This document shows, in pieces, positions 24,115 to 32,000 of a stretch of DNA of 32,000 nucleotides (position 1 is the first letter of the stretch; each line of letters opens with the position of its first letter). The position numbers and the translations under genes are program-made. The DNA comes from Mycobacterium leprae TN (GTDB taxonomy: Bacteria > Actinomycetota > Actinomycetes > Mycobacteriales > Mycobacteriaceae): positions 210,001-242,000 of the forward strand of contig NC_002677.1 in the NCBI RefSeq assembly GCF_000195855.1. Reading direction: 5' to 3'. A model generated the notes under the pieces. It was not told the origin of the DNA, did not search any database, and saw nothing but the letters and a program-made list of their open reading frames with translations.

Positions 24115-24790
24115 GGATGCACTATAGACTACGCCGGCCCTGCCGCCTAAGGCGGGTCCTTTAGCCCGGCTGACACTGAACTCTCCCAACAACCGCAAAG
24201 CACTCTCGAGCTCCCTGGTTAACCAACTGCAGCAGGGCCTGCGAGACGCGACAGCAGATCCGATGTTTCGGTGGGTGGTCTCGGACCGGTGGTATGTTTT
24301 GCGCCGGTACAGGACTTGAGTGAGGCAGGTGGCGGCGGCACTAAACTCTATATGGTCGTCACGCGTGCCCAGGCAATGACGACGCTGTTAAGCGCCATCG
24401 CTACCGGTGATCGACACCATGCTGTTATAGGCGTATCCGCGACGGCGAAAATCTCACTGACTTTTCTACCGCAGATATCGGCCCACCACACCGGCCGATA
24501 TTACGCTAACCAGCTAACGGTGCGGAGGTCACCGAAGCCGCAAAGATCGGATTGATCCCGCGATGGCAGCTGACTACGTTGATGCCACGGTGGCGTTATT
24601 GGTAACCCCGATAGGTCGCAATTCACCACAGGGTCTTGCAGCGTCGAAGATACTGACCACCGCCGTAGTTATTGAAGAATTCAACCAGGACGCCGAACGA
24701 CTCACCATAGACTCGGGCCCGGATTTTGTCTCCGGTGAAACTCGCTAAGGCCTGCTTATGTGACTGCAAAACGGCAGTCAAGGTGGACCA
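24115..24790 (+). pseudogene. echA7: enoyl-CoA hydratase remnant, EchA7-like (Rv0971c)
   Basis: LTLNSPNNRKALSSSLVNQLQQGLRDATADPMFRVVV-like opening after frameshift correction; MFCAG; DLSEAGGGGTKLY; ISLTFLPQISAHHTGRYY; VDATVALLVTPIGRNSPQGLAASKILTTAVVIEEFNQDAERLT. Confidence 0.82.
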
Positions 24791-24931
24791 CACCGCTCGC
24801 CGACGATGCGAGCCACTGAAGCGGCCCGAGGTGAGAGCGGGCCATCAGGACCAAACTATACGGTCGCTGCAAAAGCTGCAGTTTAGGCACTGCTATTGCA
24901 GCCAAATCTTTAGGTCGTACGCTCATAGGTG

Positions 24932-25534
24932 ATGAGCAATTCAGCGCAACGTGATGCGAAGGGCGCACGTGACGAACCTTTGCGTGCAGCAGACACCGAC
25001 CGCATCCAGATTGCGCAGTTGCTAGCCTATGCCGCTGAGCAAGGCCGCTTGGAGCTGAAAGACTATGAAGATCGACTTGCTAAGGCGTATGCGGCAACAA
25101 CGTACCAGGAGTTGGAGCAGCTGCGAGACGATCTGCCGGGTTCGCAAGTAAGCGCTCGTCGAGGCGGCAATCCCAATCCGGCTCCATCAACGCTGCTTCT
25201 GGCCCTGATGAGCGGATTTGAGCGACGAGGTCGATGGAATGTGCCGAGGAAGTTGACTACATTCTCTCTTTGGGGTAGTGGGGTGCTGGATTTGCGCTAC
25301 GCGGACTTTACTTCGACAGAGGTTGAACTTCATGCATACTCGGTGATGGGCGTGCAGACTATTTTGCTGCCGCCCGAAGTCAACGTGGAGATCAGTGGCC
25401 ACGGTGTGATGGGTAGCTTCGACCGTCAAGTACGAGGCCAAGGCACGCCAGGCGCGCCAACGGTGAAAATTCGCGGCTTCTCGCTGTGGGGCGGCGTGGG
25501 AATCAAGCGCAAAGCCCGTAGGCCTCGCAGGTAG
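24932..25534 (+). CDS. DUF1707 domain protein (SHOCT-like/cell wall-active antibiotics response-like, Rv0966c-like)
   Basis: 200-aa intact ORF (GTG at 24929 is an alternative start): RAADTDRIQIAQLLAYAAEQGRLELKDYEDRLAKAYAATTYQELEQLRDDLPG, then LWGSGVLDLRYADFTSTEVELHAYSVMGVQTILLPPEVNVEISGHGVMGSFD. Confidence 0.9.
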   Translation: MSNSAQRDAKGARDEPLRAADTDRIQIAQLLAYAAEQGRLELKDYEDRLAKAYAATTYQELEQLRDDLPGSQVSARRGGNPNPAPSTLLLALMSGFERRGRWNVPRKLTTFSLWGSGVLDLRYADFTSTEVELHAYSVMGVQTILLPPEVNVEISGHGVMGSFDRQVRGQGTPGAPTVKIRGFSLWGGVGIKRKARRPRR

Positions 25535-25595
25535 CAGACGACCGGTCGGGTCACATATTCGGCAGTGACGTGATGGGCTGGCCCCCTGATGGCTC

Positions 25596-25867
25596 GTGCC
25601 ATACTCCGGTGAGAAATGCCGAGGGTGTGAATTTGATCCGGGCAAGGGGCGGTTATGGCCGAGGAGCTGTGGGCGATTCCTGACGTACTCTGCTATGCGG
25701 GTAATGAGCTGGCCAAGCATGGCGATTTGTTGCCGGTGTCACAGCGAGCCTGCCGCCGCGAAGCGGAGAACGCCCAGTTAGGATGGGTCGGCTCCTCGAC
25801 GGTCGCGTTGTCGGTGTTGCTTGGCCAGTTGAGCATCACACTCAAGGTGCTGCCCTGGCCCAAGTGA
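25596..25867 (+). pseudogene. possible decayed conserved hypothetical downstream of the DUF1707 gene
   Basis: Frame with YAGNELAKHGDLLPVSQRACRREAENAQLGWVGSSTVALSVLLGQL looks protein-like but has no clear start. Confidence 0.35.
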
Positions 25868-26329
25868 GTGACAACACCTATGGTGAAATTTGACCAAAGC
25901 CATGACGTTGAACCTGGTTTGATATTGAGCGCTGGGATTCTGCTGCGATCACGACGGTCTTGGGGAAGCTGTCATCAAGCGTGCGCACGGCACTCACACC
26001 GCATCGTAAGCGCTGTGCGAAATTATGCGATTGCTCGATTTTGGCGCTAACATCGCAGCAGTGGTACAACGAAGGGCTCGCAGTGCGAGTGGTGCTTTCC
26101 GCCACCCACGCAGAAGCCTAGGAAGTCGTAGCGCGAGTCGCGGAGAAGTCGGCTGACGAAATTTCCGTAATCCGTTGGTGTTGCAGACGATTCGTCGGAC
26201 AGCTCGGGATCAGCAGTTCACGATTGTCGATACCACCTGGTGCGGTATTGCCGCCTTCCACCTTGTGGTCATTATCCGCTGTGGACCAGAACTGCATCCT
26301 TGACACCGCAATCATACTGAGGAAAACTA

Positions 26330-27180
26330 TCCTTTAGTTGTCTGCTAATGCAGAGAATGCAGCTGAGGATCTGACGGCGGCGATTCGTACCATCGACGGT
26401 GGATTGCCCCCGGGCAGGTCAATGTCGAAATCAGGCACGGGCAGACCAAATGCTGTATCTGTCACAGCCAGATAGTAGCCCCCATGCGGGCAACATGTGG
26501 TGACGTTTGCTGATTCCGGGTCAGCAGATATAGGACCACACAGTGGTTCAGAAACTCCATCCGCAATCTCGATGGCATCACTAACGAGGTCCGTGACGAG
26601 AGCAATAATGATTGTGCTGCAACATGAAATTACTCGTCTGCAGAATGGTTGGTACTACGGTAACAGAGTCTGGCATCAGGACATCGATAAGTTGGCGGAT
26701 CTCAAGCAGCTACGAGATACATTGGCTGGAACACAGCGGAATCAGCTGATATTGTCTTTCACCACAAGAAATCTCAGCAAAGGGCTTGAGGCCTTTGGGC
26801 TCGTAGATCTCTACAACGAATACGTGTCGAAATCACTGTCGGTGTAACGAACTCTCGAATCAACTCGACTGTTGCACAGACGGTTAGCGACACCCAAGCT
26901 CAGCGTAACAAAGCAGTCGATTTGCGCAGACAATGTTAGCATCGCGGATTCAGGTGCTGTGGCTTGTAGTACCTGGTTGGTCTATGACAAGTCGGATAGT
27001 CTACTAGAGGTTACCCACGACCGGCTCTCCCGCGCGGGCGATGGACCATTCAATAGCTTCTATAAGGGCTTGGTGGCCACCACAACTATGCTGGATCAGC
27101 ACATAACCGAGTTCGGGTATTCCTATAGGTCGCTAACCATTCAGGCTGGCAAACCCGTCAACGACCGTTGTCTTATATAG
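26330..27180 (+). pseudogene. unassigned decayed reading frame
   Basis: One frame (mod 1) stays mostly open for ~850 nt: NAENAAEDLTAAIRTIDGGLPPG ... HEITRLQNGWYYGNRVWHQDIDKLADLKQLRDTLAG ... FNSFYKGLVATTTMLDQHITEFGYSYRSL, with only a few internal stops. Confidence 0.35.
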
Positions 27181-28334
27181 CTCACCGAGTACCGAGTTCA
27201 GCAACGCCGCTACGCTTGGGGTTGAATCTGGATATGCTGATTACATGATCGTGGACAAAGACGCGACCGCCAATCTGATTCCTTATGCCGGCATGTTAGG
27301 CAAGGGTCTGCAAGATGTTTCTGGATTCATCGAGCTGTACACTCAGTCAGGTTGCACTCTTGATGGAAAATCCGATAATGAGCAGTGGAATTGCGGCGCA
27401 TACGACCACACCGAATATCTTTGCGTCAAGCCTAACTGACGGCTATGCATGAGCGACCACACCTTGGCCGCGGTGCTGGCCAGGACTGCCGAAAGACCAG
27501 ATTCAAACCACTGCCGCCTGCGATCTCCTGCGACAAGCGCCGATCATCATCGGCCAGACCGTAGTAATGAGGGAATGATGAGCGACGACACTCTGAGCGC
27601 CAAGAAGTGCGGCGTTGTTAACTGGATGCGTTTAGCCGACAAGCTTCAACCCATACTCGATGCCGTGGCAAAACGAGACATGAGCAAAAAATTGTCAGCC
27701 AGCAACCAGGCCTGGAAATCGTCGTGCAGCAGCTCTCCAACGTAGACGTCACAATCCGCACGACAATTGCGGAATACTCATCGGTAAACAATTTTTTTAC
27801 AGCGCAAGTTTCACATCAAACAAGGGCTGTAGTGGTCCGTTCATCGCTTCCATCGGTCAGCCAGCAGGATACCGTCTGTTCTTCGTCAGCCCTTCTCCAA
27901 CGTAGGGGCAATGGCTGCATATCGTGACCGAGTTGGCGTCAGCGTTCACGGCGGTGAACTTTCGTCCCAACAATTCTGCGCTCGGGAATCCACCACTGCC
28001 CCTGGGCACACCCAAAAATTCCCGAATCAGCGACGCTGGTGTATTAATTTACCTGGTAAAGAGCAGCAATGCCACCCCATTTGGATTACCCCAATGGGGT
28101 GGTTGTCATCCACCTGCTGCTTGGTGCACAACACATCACACTATCGAGCATCCGACCCAGATGGCCCAAACATACACTAGCCCAGACCTGTACGGACTCC
28201 CCTGGTCGCCGAAAAGTTCCGACATCTCCGCTCGATATTTATCACCATCTCGCCGCGCTTGCGATCATGTCACGAGACATGTAGTGACACGCTACCAAAC
28301 CGTAAACCCTAACGGCGCCGCCGCGACCTCAGGT

Positions 28335-28540
28335 AAGTTGCCCACCGCAGCCCAGGCTGTCTAGATCAATCACCACAATGCGCCCCTCGACCTGACGCGC
28401 GCCCGGGTCAATAAACCATGCAGTGATAGATAACCCCTTAGTCGAAAGATCGTTACTTGATGCACCCAGTGTTGCCATATCGTCTAATCCGCGCACGGTG
28501 TGGGCGATGGTTAATGTTAGCGCGGACTCGTTGTGGGGGT
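28335..28540 (-). pseudogene. C-terminal fragment of the Rv0959-like protein, opposite strand and ~9 kb from the rest of the gene
   Basis: Minus frame reads TIAHTVRGLDDMATLGA...FIDPGARQVEGRIVVIDLDSLG, resembling the remembered Rv0959 C-terminus (TIAHTVRGFDDMARLGAQ..FIDQVARRVQGRVVVPDLDGLG). Confidence 0.75.
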
Positions 28541-28554
28541 GGAGTAAAGGGTGG
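28530..28554 (+). repeat. left arm of a 25-bp perfect inverted repeat (gttgtgggggtggagtaaagggtgg)
   Basis: Exact reverse complement of 29385-29409. Confidence 0.93.
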
Positions 28555-29384
28555 TGGGTCAGTGTATTGGCGGGTCGGTGCGTCAGGTCGCAAAGGTCGG
28601 TATCGATGCCGTGGTGATGCGGGTATGAGAGTCGTTTCGAGGTCTTGGTCTCACGCTGGGGTTGTACAGCGATTCTGTGGTAGGGCGTTGTCTTGTGGTT
28701 GATCATGGCCGCAGTGATCACATCAGTGCTGTGGTCCTTGGATAGGTGTAGCAGCTGCACGAATCCGCTACTTGTGTTCGGCCAGGGCGCCGATTTGGGG
28801 GTCTAATTTTTGCCGATGATTACATCATCCGCCCAATGCTATGAGGTTAGAGCACCACACGGTCGTGTAGTTTTCGCGGGACGTGCACTGGTGGTGGCCA
28901 TACCTAGAGAATAATGGTGGTGCCCGGTTTTAGCGTGCTGTGCCCTCAGCGTGCGGAACATCCACCCAGTGCGCACATGTTGGTTGAGCTTGGACTCGAT
29001 GTTGAAGTGTTTTATAGGACACCTGCATCTTTCGGGCCGGTCGGGATAGGTTTTGGGCCAACACCCCCACAATTTGTTCGGGACTGTACTTCTTGGCCAG
29101 CACACATGTCTATCTCCGTACGCAGCTGCCCACAACGCTCACCTTGCCGGCCTTTAAAGCCACTGGCCCACTGCTCACTGCATAGCTAAGCAATACAAGC
29201 TCAGTAACCCGATTGAGCGTCTTAGCCAGCATAGTTGGTGTCGAATCAGTGCAACCCCCAAAGCAACCCGCAAACACGCGGGCCCCACCCTTGCTGGTGA
29301 TCTCACGCACGATCCCCACCCCCACCCAACCCAAACGAACGGTTAACGATCGATCACATCAACTCACAACACTGCAACACACCG

Positions 29385-29409
29385 CCACCCTTTACTCCAC
29401 CCCCACAAC
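29385..29409 (-). repeat. right arm of the 25-bp inverted repeat (ccaccctttactccacccccacaac on +)
   Basis: Exact reverse complement of 28530-28554. Confidence 0.93.
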
Positions 29410-29480
29410 AGAACATGCACACAAAGTACAATTCAACAATCTTGCAGATCCGTCGTGGCCCTCGTGGGCCGCGGTATAAG

Positions 29481-29972
29481 TCACGTGGCAGATCGCCAGC
29501 GAGTTCCCGCTGTGGTCAAATATTGGGCAGGATCTCTCGTTCTGTTAACGAGCTCAACGCCTTTTGCAGCTGTTCGCGCTCCATTGCGGTCCCGGTGAAC
29601 TTCCGGCTCACTCTGGCCTAGGTGGTCGCCTTCGACGCGAACTATCCGTGCTCCGATACCGAGGAGTTCGGCCAGCGCCTGTACCGCATCTTCCAGACCG
29701 GCGGAGTTCAGGCGGCCGGTGTTGACGACTATGCACTTACGATCGCGGGTAAATTTCAGTGCAGTCTTCAAGTTGAATTCAGGAAGATCTTGGCGGCGTG
29801 CCCCGGTTGGGGTGTTTCTCCTGTCGCTACCAAGAAGCATCGTAGTCACTTCGGCCAGGTAGTCACCGGTGACGAAGTTGAGTTCGCCGTAGGTGAGTAT
29901 TTTGCGCATGACTGATAGTCGGTTACCGTAGAAGGCCGGGCAATTACTGATGCGGACGGTGTGAGAAACCAT
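29481..29972 (-). pseudogene. N-terminal remnant of an AtuA/DUF1446-family protein (Rv0976c-like)
   Basis: VRISNCPAFYGNRLSVMRKILTYGELNFVTGDYLAEVTTMLLGSDR...ALKFTRDRKCIVVNTGRLNSAGLEDAVQALAELLGI matches the AtuA N-terminal pattern (RIxNxSGFYGDR...GDYLAELTMxIL..R...VVxNAGGLNPxG) but is only ~160 aa of an expected ~550 aa. Confidence 0.6.
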
Positions 29973-30236
29973 CTGCGTCTCCCGTTAAGGGACTACAAAC
30001 CTATTTGGGTGCAACAAATCAACCGGCTGGTTGTCCGCTGTGGCTAGTGTCACGTCAAGGTGTCGCCGCGACCCACCGTACGTTACGCTCAAGACACGCC
30101 CTGTGATGGATTGCTCTGACTTAAGTTTCGCTGGGTGGTGCGGCCTGTGGCCTGGCCAGTTTGGTGAGCAATAGGTCGCCAAACTATTATTTATTAACAG
30201 CAATCGTTAATCTCAATCGAGGAGTAGGGGCCGATT

Positions 30237-30410
30237 ATGGCTACACCTAAGCGCAGGATGTCGCGCGCGAACACCCGCAGCCGGCGCGCGCAGTGGAAGG
30301 CTGCTCGGACCGAGCTTGTCGGTGTGACGGTGGCGGGTCAGCGGCACAAGGTGCCTCGCAGGCTACTCAAGGCGGCACGTCTTGGTCTTATCGACCTTGA
30401 CCGGCGTTAA
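30237..30410 (+). CDS. rpmF: 50S ribosomal protein L32
   Basis: 57-aa ORF below the track's apparent length cut-off: [57 protein letters not shown]; RBS-like gaggag ~10 nt upstream. Confidence 0.95.
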   Translation: MATPKRRMSRANTRSRRAQWKAARTELVGVTVAGQRHKVPRRLLKAARLGLIDLDRR

Positions 30411-30530
30411 TCCTGATTCCACCGTTGCCGTGTAACGGGGTCGACGCACGCGTCGTTGACTGGAAAATTGCGATTCAACGCCAGCGATCCTTGCAAGTCG
30501 CTCTCAGGCTCCGAGACCGAATTAGTAGCT

Positions 30531-31217
30531 GTGCGGATACTTGCCGTTGACGACGATCGGGCGGTGCGTGAGTCTCTGCGCCGGTCGTTGTCGTTCAATG
30601 GTTATTCGGTCGAACTGGCCAACGACGGGGTCGAGGCGTTGGAGATGGTTGCCCGCGATAGGCCTGATGCTCTCGTTCTCGATGTCATGATGCCGCGCCT
30701 GGACGGTTTAGAGGTCTGCCGTCAGCTCCGAAGTACCGGTGACGACCTGCCGATCCTGGTGCTAACCGCCCGCGATTCGGTCTCCGAACGGGTCGCCGGC
30801 TTGGATGCCGGTGCCGACGACTACCTGCCCAAACCGTTCGCCCTCGAAGAACTGTTGGCGCGGATTCGGGCGCTGCTACGCCGCACCAAGCCCGATGACG
30901 CTGCCGAGTCCGTGGCGATGAGTTTTTCCGACTTAACCCTGGACCCGGTGACCCGCGAAGTCGCCCGCGGACAACGCTGGATCAGTCTGACCCGTACCGA
31001 ATTCGCGTTGTTGGAAATGCTGATCGCTAATCCGCGGCGGGTACTTACACGCAGCCGCATCCTCGAAGAGGTGTGGGGATTTGATTTTCCGACCTCCGGC
31101 AATGCACTGGAAGTCTATGTCGGGTATTTGCGCCGCAAAACCGAGGCCGATGGTGAGTCACGGCTAATCCACACTGTACGTGGAGTGGGCTATGTATTAA
31201 GGGAGACGCCGCCCTGA
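30531..31217 (+). CDS. mprA: two-component response regulator MprA (OmpR/PhoB family)
   Basis: [59 protein letters not shown] receiver plus winged-helix DNA-binding domain ([33 protein letters not shown]). GTG at 30531 preferred to the upstream ATG at 30456. Confidence 0.95.
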   Translation: MRILAVDDDRAVRESLRRSLSFNGYSVELANDGVEALEMVARDRPDALVLDVMMPRLDGLEVCRQLRSTGDDLPILVLTARDSVSERVAGLDAGADDYLPKPFALEELLARIRALLRRTKPDDAAESVAMSFSDLTLDPVTREVARGQRWISLTRTEFALLEMLIANPRRVLTRSRILEEVWGFDFPTSGNALEVYVGYLRRKTEADGESRLIHTVRGVGYVLRETPP

Positions 31218-32000
31218 TGGTTCGGTTTGCCTGGCGCCGGCGCGCATCGTTGCGAGCCACCAGTTCTTTATCCCTGCGGTGGAGGGTAATGCTCCTGGCA
31301 ATGTCCATGGTGGCGATGGTCGTCGTCTTGATGGCATTCGCTGTCTACGTTGTGATCTCGGCGGCGCTGTACAGCGATATCGATAATCAACTGCAGAGCA
31401 GGGCGCAGTTGCTGATCGCTAGTGGTTCGTTGGCAGCCGACCCTGGCAAGGCCATCGAGGGCACTGCCTACTCGGATGTCAACGCCATGTTGGTGAACCC
31501 GGGCCACTCGATTTACACGGCCAATCAGCCGGGTCAGACTCTTCCTGTCGGAACGGCAGAGAAAGCTGTCATCCGTGGTGAGCTGTTCATGTCGCAACGT
31601 ACTGCATCGGACCAACGCATACTCGCCATCCACCTGCCCAACGACAGTTCGCTGCTGATCTCTAAGAGCTTGCGGCCAACCGAAGCTGTCATGACCAAGC
31701 TGCGCTGGGTGCTTTTGATTGTCGGAAGCCTCGGCGTCGCGGTTGCCGCGGTGGCCGGGGGGATGGTTACTCGGGCGGGGCTGCGTCCGGTGGGGCGTCT
31801 GACCGAAGCGGCCGAGCGAGTGGCGCGTACCGACGACCTGCGGCCCATCCCGGTGTTCGGCAGTGACGAATTGGCCAGGCTCACTGAGGCATTCAACTTG
31901 ATGTTGCGGGCATTGGCCGAATCTCGGGAACGCCAGGCACGGCTGGTAACCGACGCCGGACATGAGTTGCGCACCCCGTTGACCTCGCTGCGCACCAACG
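31217..32000 (+). CDS. mprB: sensor histidine kinase MprB (5' part, runs off the window)
   Basis: [46 protein letters not shown]..., second TM WVLLIVGSLGVAVAAVAGG, HAMP region, H-box ARLVTDAGHELRTPLTSLRTN; start overlaps the mprA stop by 1 nt. Confidence 0.95.
   Translation, partial: MVRFAWRRRASLRATSSLSLRWRVMLLAMSMVAMVVVLMAFAVYVVISAALYSDIDNQLQSRAQLLIASGSLAADPGKAIEGTAYSDVNAMLVNPGHSIYTANQPGQTLPVGTAEKAVIRGELFMSQRTASDQRILAIHLPNDSSLLISKSLRPTEAVMTKLRWVLLIVGSLGVAVAAVAGGMVTRAGLRPVGRLTEAAERVARTDDLRPIPVFGSDELARLTEAFNLMLRALAESRERQARLVTDAGHELRTPLTSLRTN

Noticed and set aside
25187-25720. 177-aa - ORF
   Set aside because: Mostly antisense to the DUF1707 gene.
28530-29409. Insertion sequence bounded by the 25-bp inverted repeats
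   Set aside because: No transposase motif found in the enclosed ~830 bp and no target-site duplication seen, so it is reported only as an inverted repeat.
30456-30530. N-terminal extension of mprA from the ATG at 30456
   Set aside because: The extra 25 residues ([25 protein letters not shown]) are not part of the OmpR-type receiver fold, which begins right at the GTG at 30531.
31268-31963. 231-aa - ORF
   Set aside because: Antisense to mprB, which is clearly coding on + with a kinase H-box.
1-32000. CRISPR array, toxin-antitoxin, phage or other novel defence system
   Set aside because: No regularly spaced direct repeats, no Cas, integrase or phage structural motifs recognised; the long accessory-looking intervals read as decayed mycobacterial housekeeping and catabolic genes.

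Overview
The window closely resembles a Mycobacterium leprae chromosomal segment (my recollection of protein sequences and of the M. tuberculosis Rv0944-Rv0982 gene order; no database search was run). Intact genes: pgi, AroQ-type chorismate mutase, uvrD1/pcrA, an M23 peptidase, sucC, sucD, an Rv0954-like membrane antigen, an Rv0955-like membrane protein, purN, purH, a DUF1707 protein (Rv0966c-like), rpmF, mprA and the 5' part of mprB. The rest is mostly decayed coding DNA. I can read remnants of an Fpg/Nei-like glycosylase, an SDR, a mycolyltransferase C-terminus, an LLM oxidoreductase, a class III adenylate cyclase, an Rv0959-like protein, accD2, accA2, fadE10, echA7 and an AtuA-family protein. 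The most notable structure is an apparent ~9-10 kb inversion. The Rv0959-like pseudogene is split, with its N-terminal/central part on + at about 18.4-19.62 kb and its C-terminus on - at about 28.34-28.54 kb. The genes between (accD2, accA2, fadE10, echA7, DUF1707) lie in reversed order and strand relative to M. tuberculosis. A 22-nt poly-G tract abuts the left junction, and a 25-bp perfect inverted repeat lies near the right one. I found no convincing new defence, mobile or CRISPR-like system.
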